This document shows positions 1 to 8,382 of a DNA stretch of 45,094 bases, piece by piece. The stretch's first letter is position 1; each line of letters starts with the position of its first letter. The position numbers and the translations under genes are program-made. The notes beneath the pieces were generated by a model. That model was not told the origin of the DNA. It made no database searches and saw nothing but the letters and a program-made list of their open reading frames with translations. Source of the DNA: a virus (Duplodnaviria; Caudoviricetes); IMG/VR virus record IMGVR_UViG_3300049982_000072, positions 1-45,094 of that record; one strand, 5' to 3'.

Positions 1-1700
1 GTTGTCGCGCGGGCACGAATCGCGGCAATAATCCCGGCGTTCTTTGCGGCCGTATTCCCGACCGTTGCGACGGTCTCAGCCTCAGAGGTGACGACCGCGC
101 CGGCCCGGCTCGCAATGAGTGCCCTGTTGCTCGCGACCAACTGCCGGTTAACTAGCACTTCGGCAATCTTGGTGGGTACGCCCAACAATGCCGCGAGGTT
201 GGCCGCTGCCTGTGCGGCCTTGTACGCAAGGATTCCACCGATCAGGGCAGGCAGGAGCTTGCGCAGTGTCTCGGTGTGGTCCGCGAGGAACCCCAGCACA
301 CTAACGGCACCGCCGACAACGTCTTTGAGCCCCGGCATCTTTTGAATGAAGTCACCCACGACCGGCAGCAGCTTGGTCACCGAATCCACCAGCGAGAAAA
401 ACTGTTCCTTCAACTTGCCGGTATCAACGTTCTTGATGTTCGCTGCCAGCGACCCCAGCCCGTCACGGATCTTGAGCACCACATCGACAAAGCCAGAGTC
501 CTCCGACTGGCCGAAAATCTTGTTAGTGAAATCGCCGGTGACTAGCAACTTGAAAGTGTTATAGACGCCGACTAGCCCAGCGTGAATGTTGAGTAGGACT
601 CCAACGAGCTTGGAATCCTCAGCCTTGCCAAAGATCTTCTGTGTGTAGTTGCCGGTGGCCAGCACCTCGAACGCGCCTTTGAGGTCCAACAGGTTGGTCC
701 GGATGGCAAGGATCCCCAACACGTAGGGAGAATCCTCCGACAGACCGCCGAGCGCCTTCCCGACCTTTTTGTCAAAATCACCGGTAAGCAACAGGCCCAA
801 GCTCGCGGAGATCTTCGGCGCGAGACCGGAAAGGAACGCGGTAACGGCGGGGCCGTGCTTGGCGGCAATGTCGATGAGCGCCGGGGCGAGGAAGTCGGCA
901 AAGCTCGTGGCGAGGGCGTTAACGATCGGCAGCGTCCCCGAGCCGATCTGGTCTTGCAGTTGGTGATAGGCGGCGGTCGCACGGTCGGCCGGGTCGGCAG
1001 CGGCGGCAGCAGCTCCACCGAATTCCTTACCCAGTTCGGCAAGGATGATCTTCTGAGCCTTGAGAACGTTGCCGCTCTCGACCAGCGTCTTAATCTGCTT
1101 TTTCTGGTCCTCGGTGAAGGACACGCCGACCTTGGACAGCGCGGTCACGCCGGTGATGGGGTCGTTGAGCGCCTTGCCGAGTTGGATAGCCGAACCCTTG
1201 GCATCCTGGCCCAGGGCAACGGACATGTCCGCAAGCAGCCCGGTCGCCCGGTCGAAAACCTGATTTCCCTTGCCTGTCTCGTTCCTGACGTTGGTGAAGG
1301 TCAGCAACAGGTTTGCGCCCGACTGAATCGCGTCACCGTCGACACCGGTCTTGAGTTCGATCGCGTCGGACAGGGTGCCGACCTGAGCGGCTGTGACCTT
1401 GGCTGCCGCACCCGTCGTCTTGATCACCTGATTGGTGATCTTGGCAATCTTGGTGTGGTCGCGGTAGCCGGTGGTTGCCTCAAGCAAGAAGTTCTTGACC
1501 TTGACGCCGGCCACGATGCCCGCGGCGAGTCCAGCAATCTTTTTGACCGAGCCGCCGAACCCCGCTGAGAACCCGTCGCCTGCTTTCTTGCCAGCCTTCG
1601 ACGTGTTGACCTTGCCGAGGTTCTGCTCGATCTCTTTGCCGGTCTTGGAGGTATCGGCGTGGACCGCAACCCAGATTTCACCGATGGTGCGAGCGGCCAC
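1..1700 (-). CDS. Tape measure protein, N-terminal part (runs off the window start)
   Basis: Absent from the ORF track (no stop codon). Translated by hand from GTG at 1700 (RBS GGAGGT): MAARTIGEIWVAVHADTSKTGKEIE...AIQLGKALNDPITGVTALSKVGVSF..., open to base 1; three TGD/NF...EDS repeats; directly follows the tail chaperones. Confidence 0.93.
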   Translation of the reverse strand, partial: MAARTIGEIWVAVHADTSKTGKEIEQNLGKVNTSKAGKKAGDGFSAGFGGSVKKIAGLAAGIVAGVKVKNFLLEATTGYRDHTKIAKITNQVIKTTGAAAKVTAAQVGTLSDAIELKTGVDGDAIQSGANLLLTFTNVRNETGKGNQVFDRATGLLADMSVALGQDAKGSAIQLGKALNDPITGVTALSKVGVSFTEDQKKQIKTLVESGNVLKAQKIILAELGKEFGGAAAAAADPADRATAAYHQLQDQIGSGTLPIVNALATSFADFLAPALIDIAAKHGPAVTAFLSGLAPKISASLGLLLTGDFDKKVGKALGGLSEDSPYVLGILAIRTNLLDLKGAFEVLATGNYTQKIFGKAEDSKLVGVLLNIHAGLVGVYNTFKLLVTGDFTNKIFGQSEDSGFVDVVLKIRDGLGSLAANIKNVDTGKLKEQFFSLVDSVTKLLPVVGDFIQKMPGLKDVVGGAVSVLGFLADHTETLRKLLPALIGGILAYKAAQAAANLAALLGVPTKIAEVLVNRQLVASNRALIASRAGAVVTSEAETVATVGNTAAKNAGIIAAIRARAT

Positions 1701-1702
1701 GA

Positions 1703-2101
1703 TTACACCTCCAATCCCAATGCCTGTAGGAGTTCGGCGCGTTCGGGATCCATGGCCTCGATGGGGGCGGGGTCGAAAATCGCGGCGTCAAACCGCTTGC
1801 GGTACTCGTCCGGATGCGGGATCTGACCCTCACCACCACCCGCCACAAGGACGGCTACAACGAGTCGTTCATGCCGTGCCCACTCGTCCGCGCGTTCGAG
1901 CAGGAGCGCGTAGACGACGGCGCACAGGTTGGCCAGACTCAGGCCACGTGTAGGGCTTCCCGGCGCTGCAACACGGCCACTGCCAGGTCTGCGCGGCCTT
2001 TGGATTCCAGGCGTTGCTGTGCCCGCAAGGATGAGCCGTCCGTCAAGTTCACGTCGGTTTTCGGCCGCCCATCCGACGAGCCTAAGGACGGCGCGGTAGG
2101 G
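1703..2101 (-). CDS. Tail assembly chaperone, -1 frameshift extension (gpGT-like)
   Basis: -1 frame open from CCC-TAC at 2101 to TAA at 1703: PYRAVLRLVGWAAENRRELDGRLILAG...LSLANLCAVVYALLLE...ALGLEV*; ends 2 nt before the TMP start. Confidence 0.8.
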   Translation of the reverse strand, partial: PYRAVLRLVGWAAENRRELDGRLILAGTATPGIQRPRRPGSGRVAAPGSPTRGLSLANLCAVVYALLLERADEWARHERLVVAVLVAGGGEGQIPHPDEYRKRFDAAIFDPAPIEAMDPERAELLQALGLEV

Positions 2102-2406
2102 GTTTGGACGGCCGCCTCGATCAGCTTGAATGCCGTCTCCGAGCGTTCCTCGACCGACTGACGGTGTTGCTTGCCCAAGGCCCAGAACCGCTCGAAGTCG
2201 TCGGCGTGGATGACCGTCCGCATGAACGACTTGACGATCGGCCCGGCCTTGGGGTCGTCGGCCTTGAGGTCGGCCTGCATCTCCAGAAAGTCAAGCAGGT
2301 CAGCGTCCGTGAGGTCGGGCGACACCCGTAGTTCCTCGCCGAAGTAGTCGAACGTCAACAGCTCATCATCGGCATGGGACTTAGCCCCAACATCAATACG
2401 CGCCAT
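1939..2406 (-). CDS. Tail assembly chaperone (gpG-like)
   Basis: 155 aa acidic protein between major tail and TMP; ends in a low-complexity PTAPSLGSSDG tail typical of the dual-coded frameshift region. Confidence 0.85.
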   Translation of the reverse strand: MARIDVGAKSHADDELLTFDYFGEELRVSPDLTDADLLDFLEMQADLKADDPKAGPIVKSFMRTVIHADDFERFWALGKQHRQSVEERSETAFKLIEAAVQTPTAPSLGSSDGRPKTDVNLTDGSSLRAQQRLESKGRADLAVAVLQRREALHVA

Positions 2407-2409
2407 CTG

Positions 2410-3018
2410 CTACGCCCCCAGCCGGCCAACGCCAGCGATGAAGAAATCGAACGGCACGGTCGGGGAAGTCGGAACCTCGAAGTTCAGCTCAAACGGGATG
2501 ATCGCCTTGTCCGGCGCGCGCTTAAAAGCCGACTTGATCTCGCCGCCGTTGATGACCTGATACCCGAACAGCCGGGTCGTCGCGTCGAGCGATTCCCACC
2601 CGACCATGCACCGGATGATCTGCGCCGGGGTCGGCGGGGTGAGCTTGGACAGCAGGGTTGCGGCCGAGCCCGACACGGTGGTCAGGTTGCCGGTTCCGGC
2701 GTTCATGGCCCGGCGGTAGTTGTGCGCGGTGAAGTTGGCGAGGCTGAACGCCAGTGACGTGGCCTGCTCGGTCACGGCGTACTGAACGGGGTTGAAGATC
2801 TCAGCGACCCGGATCGGCTCAACCGTGGTGGAGAACGAAAATTCCGAGCCGTCCTCGGTCGCACCGAGGTTGACCCAGCCCGCCGGCCACGCGTCGGTAA
2901 AGACGCTTCCGGCAACGGTTCCACCGACACCGGCGGCGGGCAGCGCCGTCCCGAGCGGGGCATGGAACAGAAAGCCGGGATCGGTCATCAGCAGAGGTGT
3001 AGCGGTCGTGTTGGCCAT
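2410..3018 (-). CDS. Major tail (tube) protein
   Basis: 202 aa with AP.GT.LP...WVNLGATEDG motif typical of siphovirus tail tube proteins; synteny. Confidence 0.88.
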   Translation of the reverse strand: MANTTATPLLMTDPGFLFHAPLGTALPAAGVGGTVAGSVFTDAWPAGWVNLGATEDGSEFSFSTTVEPIRVAEIFNPVQYAVTEQATSLAFSLANFTAHNYRRAMNAGTGNLTTVSGSAATLLSKLTPPTPAQIIRCMVGWESLDATTRLFGYQVINGGEIKSAFKRAPDKAIIPFELNFEVPTSPTVPFDFFIAGVGRLGA

Positions 3019-3060
3019 GACGTACGGCCCTCCTCAGGGCTAAAGGGACTGCGGGCCACA

Positions 3061-3360
3061 TCAGTGGCGGTTGAACTCGTCCACGGTCGGCCGGACGAAC
3101 GGCCGGGCCGGTTGGTCCTCGGTGCCGAACTCGTGAAACGACATGTAGAAGTGGGCTTGATCCCAGCCGACGCGGAACCCGTTGCCATCCGGATCGGGTT
3201 CGGCGTGGATCGATGCGGCCCCAGCTCCGGTGTTCTCCGGTGCGCGCTTCCGCATCCGTTCCGCGGCGGCGTCGGCCACCTCGCGCACGCCGGCCAAGAT
3301 GCGGGGGTCCTTGCTCAGTGCATCGATCGCGGCTTGGTCAACGGTGATGCGCGTGGCCAT
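3061..3360 (-). CDS. HK97 gp10-like tail completion/neck protein
   Basis: AP..TG...SI and FHEFGT..QPARPF.RP motifs. Confidence 0.85.
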   Translation of the reverse strand: MATRITVDQAAIDALSKDPRILAGVREVADAAAERMRKRAPENTGAGAASIHAEPDPDGNGFRVGWDQAHFYMSFHEFGTEDQPARPFVRPTVDEFNRH

Positions 3361-3659
3361 CAGGCATCGAGCGGCGGCAGCCCCAGCGACTCCCGGAGAT
3401 CCTTGTGTGCCTTGGTTCCGACCTTCACCACGTCGCCGGTTTCCAGGTAGCCATGCCGGGCCACGTTGTCGGCGGGCACGGCATCCCCCTTGTTGAAGGC
3501 AAGCGCCGTCCCGAAACTGATCGGCTTGGCGGCGACGTACTGCCCGTATTCCTTGCGGTTCGCGGCAATCGCGTCCTCAGCGGTCGCGGGGGAGTTCGCG
3601 GCGGCGGCGGCGATCTGCTCCGGCGTCGACTCTGGCACGTTACTAACACGCTCAGGCAT
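3360..3659 (-). CDS. Hypothetical virion-associated protein
   Basis: 99 aa ORF with RBS, translationally coupled within the structural operon. Confidence 0.65.
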   Translation of the reverse strand: MPERVSNVPESTPEQIAAAAANSPATAEDAIAANRKEYGQYVAAKPISFGTALAFNKGDAVPADNVARHGYLETGDVVKVGTKAHKDLRESLGLPPLDA

Positions 3660-3671
3660 GAGGTGTTCCCT

Positions 3672-4076
3672 TCACTGATTGAGTTCTAGCAAGAGGTCGA
3701 CAACGAACCGTGCGCGTCCGGTCGGCACGTCGGCGGACGAGATCACCTGTGCGGCAACAGAGTTGGAGATGGTTGCCCCGCCCCACGTGCCCCGAAGATC
3801 GCGGGCGACCGAGCGCACAACGGCCGCAATCGCCTTGCAGTCCAGGACTTGCTGTGTCGAACCGCCGAGCCCCCACACGTCGACCTGAACGCGTGCGGTC
3901 GCGGTCTCTGGCCGTAGCTCGTCCTCGTCCACAAGGGTCAGGACCAAGAGCGGATAGGTAGGCGTCGCCGGAATCGCGTAGTAGATGCGTTGGGCAACGA
4001 GGGCAGTAAGGGTGGTCTGCGCGACAAGAGCGGTCCTGGCCGCGACTACCGGGTCAGGAAGAACGGGGGTCGGCAT
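3672..4076 (-). CDS. Tail terminator (DUF3168-like)
   Basis: L.ALV..RIY..P..P.YP and VQVDVW motifs; synteny. Confidence 0.82.
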   Translation of the reverse strand: MPTPVLPDPVVAARTALVAQTTLTALVAQRIYYAIPATPTYPLLVLTLVDEDELRPETATARVQVDVWGLGGSTQQVLDCKAIAAVVRSVARDLRGTWGGATISNSVAAQVISSADVPTGRARFVVDLLLELNQ

Positions 4077-4079
4077 CGG

Positions 4080-4418
4080 CTAGCCCCCTGTCACGCGTAA
4101 GCAGTACACCTCAACGTGATGAGGGCGGCCACGGTGACGGCGCTGCGCAGGATTCCGGATCACCGAGTAATCGAGGCCCATGAACCGCAGACGATCCGTT
4201 GCAAGCACATCAGCATTAGCGGGCAGTGCCGCAAAGTACGTCGACTCAGTGCGCTGTTGACCTACAACGTCTTCCGTCGAGCTGACCTCTTGAAACTCAC
4301 CCGCGTAGTCGGTCAGGACCCACGAGCTTTCAGGAGCGGTCCAGTCGATGCCCGCGGCACCGTCCGGCCCAACGACGGTCGGCGCGCGAACCACGGTGAC
4401 CACGTCGCGGAACCGCAT
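4080..4418 (-). CDS. Head-to-tail stopper (SPP1 gp16-like)
   Basis: VTVVRAP...DW, ADVLATDRLRF.G..Y.V...P and HHVEV motifs. Confidence 0.82.
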   Translation of the reverse strand: MRFRDVVTVVRAPTVVGPDGAAGIDWTAPESSWVLTDYAGEFQEVSSTEDVVGQQRTESTYFAALPANADVLATDRLRFMGLDYSVIRNPAQRRHRGRPHHVEVYCLRVTGG

Positions 4419-4422
4419 CGGC

Positions 4423-4824
4423 TTAGGCCGCTAGCGGGGCAATGGAAACGGTGAGCGTGGTCAAGGTCAGCGTGTCGCCGGTGTTGACCGTCTTGGACGC
4501 GGTCAGGGCAACGCTGTAATAAAACGTTCCGGCGCTGGACGCACTCCAGACGCTGATGTGCGTCACAACCTCGCCGTTGGTCCCGGCCCATGCCGTCCAC
4601 TGCGTAGTACCGGTCAGCGCCTGCGACCCGGCCGACGCGGCAGCAAAGTTCAACGCCTGCCGGGTCGCGGTCGAGCTGACCGCCGTGGTTCCGGACGCGC
4701 CGGGGTCGGCGGTGTGCAACTGCACAAACAGGGTTGTCACGCCCGTAAAGGTCGCGGCCGACGTGCCCCGGAGGACATTAAGCCACGCGTTGACCGTGTT
4801 GACGGTGCTGAATCCGACAGTCAT
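4423..4824 (-). CDS. Putative fibre-associated structural protein
   Basis: 133 aa Thr/Ala-rich; VQLHTADPG..GT, VTHISVW.A.SAG.F and KTVNTGDTL motifs recurrent next to phage fibre genes. Confidence 0.65.
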   Translation of the reverse strand: MTVGFSTVNTVNAWLNVLRGTSAATFTGVTTLFVQLHTADPGASGTTAVSSTATRQALNFAAASAGSQALTGTTQWTAWAGTNGEVVTHISVWSASSAGTFYYSVALTASKTVNTGDTLTLTTLTVSIAPLAA

Positions 4825-4940
4825 CGTGCGTCCTCGTCTGTCTCTTCGGTTGCCTCATCGGCCTTGTTGGCTTGAATGTCTGCCGCCTTGGTGACCTCAG
4901 CCTCAGCCGTGACGGTCACTGTCATGACGAGATCGGGCAT
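4821..4940 (-). CDS. Small hypothetical protein (39 aa, MPDLVMTVTVTAEAEV...)
   Basis: 3' part of track ORF 4821..5156; fills the gap and overlaps the next start as ATGA. Confidence 0.5.
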   Translation of the reverse strand: MPDLVMTVTVTAEAEVTKAADIQANKADEATEETDEDAR

Positions 4941-4950
4941 GGGCGAACCC

Positions 4951-6609
4951 CTAAGGTCTGTCGGTGGTCGTGGTGTATGGCCGGATCGTGCGTCCGGCAG
5001 CCGGCCGAATCGTGCGACCAAGGTTCGGGCGGATGACAACGGACCCGTGTGCGGTGCCAGAGGCAACGAGCGTGCCGACGCCGGAAAGGGTCCCGCCGAT
5101 AGCGCGCGTGACCGTCGCGGATGCCGTGAGCGCGCCGGTTCCGGCGAGGGACGCAATAGCCACTTTCTCGAGTACGGCAGCGGCTGACCGTGCCCCGGTG
5201 CCGGTCAATCCGGCGTCCACGCTCTTGGCACCGGTGGCCGTCGCGGTCAGGGTCCCGGTGCCGGACAGTGCGCCGTCTGCCGAGCCGGTGGCAGCCGTGG
5301 TGGCTGAGGCTGTGAGCGCCCCTGTGGCGGCCAGAGAACCGGCGGCCGTCTTACTCCCCACCGCCGACGCGCTGAGCGCTCCTGTGCCCGTCAGTGACGC
5401 GTTAGCCGGTGCTGTGCCGGATGCCGTCGCGGTCAGTGCGCCGGTTGCCGTGAGGGCGGCGTCGACAGGCTTGCTTGACGTTCCCGTGGCGGCGAGGGTG
5501 CCGGTCCCGGCAAGAGTGGCCGCGCCCGTCTTGGCGTTCGACGCGGCGGCGGTCAGGCTGCCGGTACCGGTCAAGCTCGCGTCGACGCTCTTAGCAACCG
5601 TCGCCGTGGCGGCAAGTGTGCCGGTGCCGGACAGTGTCGCATCCGCGCTCTGCACGGCGGCAGTGGTGGCCGACGCGGTGAGGGTGCCGGTGCCCGTCAG
5701 AGATGCGTCGGTGCCCTTGGCAACGGTCGCGCTTGCGGCCAGAGTGCCAGTGCCTGACAGTGCGGCGTCGGCCGTCTTTGCGCTGGACACGTCGGCGGTC
5801 AGGGAGCCGGTGCCAGACAGTGCCGCGTCGGCCGATGTGCTCGCCACCGTCACGCCAACGTCATAAGCACCGTTGGCGGGCCATCCCAAAGCGCCGGCCG
5901 CCGCCCGCAGGAACAGCGGGAACGCACCGACTGCACCCATGAAGGCCGGGTACCACGACGGACTTGGGTCGGTGATGGCGGTACCGCCGGTGGCGAGCAC
6001 CTCAACGCCGACTAGGCCCATCCAGTCTGAGGGCGAACAGGTCAGGGTGAGGCCGACTGAACCGCCAGCAGCAGTGTCACCGTCTGCGGCGTTCCCCGCC
6101 GCCGAGAAGGTGTTGAGGTTGATTAGCCACCGCTGCCCAGTGAATGCGGTGACGCCACTCCCCGACGAACCGAGACCGGCGACGATGTTCCCGGCGGTCG
6201 TGCCGGGGATGGTCACCGTACCCGGACTCGTGGTGCTGGACTGGGTAACCCCGGTACCAAATGCGGTTCCGAACGTCGTCCCGGCCCCGGTGAACGATGT
6301 TGAGCCTGCTGTCAGGTCGGCCGCCGAAGGGGAGGACATGACGACCGTCTTTGCCCCGCTGCCAACGTTGGCGATGCCAAACGCATGGGTATGGCCACCG
6401 CCGCCGCCACCGTTGTCAATCCTCCCCAGGGAGGTCGCCGACGCCCCGCCGACCGTCAGCGTCATCGTCGTACCGCTGTTGCTGTTGCCGCCCCCGGCGA
6501 TGACTGCCAGCGCTGAGCCGACCCCGGTATGGGTCCACGTCAGGGATACAGCGCCAGTGGCCGAGGTGCCTGCCGATGATGGGCCTACCGCATCGAAGGC
6601 TACGGCCAT
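4951..6609 (-). CDS. Ala/Thr/Gly-rich repeat fibre-like virion protein
   Basis: 552 aa; globular beta-rich N-terminus, 13 tandem ~20-aa repeats and a C-terminal triple IRP motif. Confidence 0.75.
   Translation of the reverse strand: MAVAFDAVGPSSAGTSATGAVSLTWTHTGVGSALAVIAGGGNSNSGTTMTLTVGGASATSLGRIDNGGGGGGHTHAFGIANVGSGAKTVVMSSPSAADLTAGSTSFTGAGTTFGTAFGTGVTQSSTTSPGTVTIPGTTAGNIVAGLGSSGSGVTAFTGQRWLINLNTFSAAGNAADGDTAAGGSVGLTLTCSPSDWMGLVGVEVLATGGTAITDPSPSWYPAFMGAVGAFPLFLRAAAGALGWPANGAYDVGVTVASTSADAALSGTGSLTADVSSAKTADAALSGTGTLAASATVAKGTDASLTGTGTLTASATTAAVQSADATLSGTGTLAATATVAKSVDASLTGTGSLTAAASNAKTGAATLAGTGTLAATGTSSKPVDAALTATGALTATASGTAPANASLTGTGALSASAVGSKTAAGSLAATGALTASATTAATGSADGALSGTGTLTATATGAKSVDAGLTGTGARSAAAVLEKVAIASLAGTGALTASATVTRAIGGTLSGVGTLVASGTAHGSVVIRPNLGRTIRPAAGRTIRPYTTTTDRP
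5040..5832 (-). repeat. 13 degenerate ~60-66 bp coding tandem repeats (xDAxLxGTGxLxAxA)
   Basis: Counted from the translation: ADAALSGTGSLTAD, ADAALSGTGTLAAS, TDASLTGTGTLTAS ... IGGTLSGVGTLVAS. Confidence 0.9.
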
Positions 6610-6619
6610 GACAGACCTC

Positions 6620-7009
6620 CTAGGCGGTCGTCAACGTCCCAGCGACCGCCACGGAGGATCCCGACACGGTGAGAGTGGCCTTGATTCGCCGCCCGGTACC
6701 GGGGTACTGGTCGAGGCCCACACGCAGCACGTTCGCGGTGTAGAACCCGCCCGGACCCCTCGGGGGCGGCGGCTGAGGGAGCTGCCCGCCCTCGATGCCC
6801 GCGCCTGCGGCCAACGTCCAGGTGGCACCGCCGTCGAGGGACACCATCGCCTCAATCGACAGATGCGTGGCGGGGGTGTCGTTCAGTCCGTTCGTCACGG
6901 TTCGGTCAATCGTCAAGGTGATCGAGGTATCCGCGTCCGAGATGGTGGCCGGGCCGAAGTCTCGTGCCCCGATCTGCAAAGTAGTCGTCGGGATCGTCAC
7001 AGTAGGCAT
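6620..7009 (-). CDS. Hypothetical beta-rich structural protein
   Basis: 129 aa with VSLDGGATW (Asp-box-like) motif; coupled in operon. Confidence 0.65.
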   Translation of the reverse strand: MPTVTIPTTTLQIGARDFGPATISDADTSITLTIDRTVTNGLNDTPATHLSIEAMVSLDGGATWTLAAGAGIEGGQLPQPPPPRGPGGFYTANVLRVGLDQYPGTGRRIKATLTVSGSSVAVAGTLTTA

Positions 7010-7569
7010 TAGGTCTTTCCCTGGTTCAGGATCTGGACGCTAAACACGTCCACGATGAGCGAGTTTGAAGCGCTCGACGTTCCCCATGTGGCACCGATGC
7101 CCCACAGCTTCGCGACGGTGGTGTCAATCGTTGCCGACCGCGCTGCCGCTGTAACCGGACACGGGCTAGCCGCTACCGCCGTCAATGACGTGCCGAGATC
7201 GAGAATGCCCGAACCATAAAGCACGCCCGCAGAACCGACCGCAGTGACGATGCCATTCCACTTGTAGTGCCATGGCCACGCGGCGGCAGCCGACCCGGTG
7301 GTGATCAGCGCGGACTGCCCGACCGCGACACCGCCCGCGGCACCGGCGGTGGCACCGTAGATCGTGCCGACCTGCAATGTCGGGGTGCCCGTGGTGGAAA
7401 ACTCGCCGTACGCCTCAATGATGACCTTGCTACCAAGCTTGAGCTCGTTGGCGTAGGACATCGGCAACGGAAGCGGCGAAACGTCCTGATAGGCAGTGAA
7501 GGTGTTCTTTGCCGAGCCACGGGCTGCCGGGTGCGGATCGAGTGCGTTATCCCAAGTGTTGTTGCCCAT
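7009..7569 (-). CDS. Hypothetical beta-rich structural protein
   Basis: 186 aa Gly/Ala/Thr-rich ORF with RBS in the neck region. Confidence 0.65.
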   Translation of the reverse strand: MGNNTWDNALDPHPAARGSAKNTFTAYQDVSPLPLPMSYANELKLGSKVIIEAYGEFSTTGTPTLQVGTIYGATAGAAGGVAVGQSALITTGSAAAAWPWHYKWNGIVTAVGSAGVLYGSGILDLGTSLTAVAASPCPVTAAARSATIDTTVAKLWGIGATWGTSSASNSLIVDVFSVQILNQGKT

Positions 7570-7582
7570 GGCAACCCGCCTT

Positions 7583-7978
7583 TCAGCAGTGAATACGGGG
7601 TGGGTCGGGCCACGGCAATGCAGTGGGGAACGCGCCTTGCGGCTTGCCGAGCGTGGAGCCGCCTGGACCGTTCAACCACACATGCAGCGCGGCCCGCTCG
7701 CCATCGGTGAGGTACACGCCGTTGACGGACGGCGGGGTGTTGAAGATCGCGGTGGTTGACCCGGCCGTGTCCTGCTTGAGGCCATCGGGGTTGACGTAGG
7801 CGCGTCCGGCCGCACTGAGAGCAACGGACTTGGCGATCGTCGGCCACGGATTTTGATCGCCAACCTCAGCGGTGATGAGTCCTTGCGCCAGGTCCAGCAG
7901 CAACAGGTTCGCGGTCGCGGTGTCGAGGTCTTCCTGTAGGAACGAGGCGAACTCTTCCACGGTGGCAATGGCAACCAT
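7583..7978 (-). CDS. Head-to-tail adaptor (gp15/gp6-like)
   Basis: ATVEE...L...A..LL, RAYVNPDG..Q.T.G and VYLTDGER motifs; start at MVAIAT with RBS GAAGGGG. Confidence 0.82.
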   Translation of the reverse strand: MVAIATVEEFASFLQEDLDTATANLLLLDLAQGLITAEVGDQNPWPTIAKSVALSAAGRAYVNPDGLKQDTAGSTTAIFNTPPSVNGVYLTDGERAALHVWLNGPGGSTLGKPQGAFPTALPWPDPPRIHC

Positions 7979-8003
7979 CGGGGATTCCCCTTCTGTCGTA
8001 GGG

Positions 8004-8069
8004 AAAACCGCCCCCCTGACCCGCACACCCACAAGGGGGCGTCCGCACGCGGCAAGTCAGGGGGGCGGT
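8004..8069 (-). terminator. Intrinsic terminator after the capsid genes
   Basis: ACCGCCCCCCTGAC...GTCAGGGGGGCGGT inverted repeat followed by a T-run on the minus strand. Confidence 0.7.
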
Positions 8070-8073
8070 AGCT

Positions 8074-8382
8074 CTATCCGTAGAGTTCGCGCAACTCGTT
8101 GCGGCTCAGGCCCTTCAACTCGTCGGCCGTCGCCTGCCCGGTCTCGACGGCGTAGGCGGCCCACTCCTCGAACGAGGCGTTACCGGCAGGCTTCTCAACC
8201 TGGACCGGTTCAGCCGGCACAACGGCCGATCCGTTGACGGCGGCAACAAAGCCGCCATCGGCCAGACGCTCAACGTCCTTGGGATCGGCGTTGCCGGGGA
8301 CGGGCTGACCCTCGTACAGATGGATGAGCCCGCCTTCGTTCGTGCGCACGATGGCCAGCGGCACCGCTACGGCGTAACCCAT
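8074..8382 (-). CDS. Hypothetical protein after the major capsid (small helical C-terminal domain)
   Basis: KPAGNAS..EWAAYA...LSRNEL motif recurrent in actinophage post-capsid proteins. Confidence 0.7.
   Translation of the reverse strand: MGYAVAVPLAIVRTNEGGLIHLYEGQPVPGNADPKDVERLADGGFVAAVNGSAVVPAEPVQVEKPAGNASFEEWAAYAVETGQATADELKGLSRNELRELYG

Noticed and set aside
5040-5832. Tandem repeats as a CRISPR array or DGR template
   Set aside because: Degenerate in-frame coding repeats without unique spacers; no reverse transcriptase in the window
4964-7012. Long plus-strand ORFs (300 and 379 aa), and similar ones at 9773, 11934, 16448, 18426, 39098 and 42592
   Set aside because: Antisense shadows of real minus-strand genes, expected at high GC; no RBS or motifs
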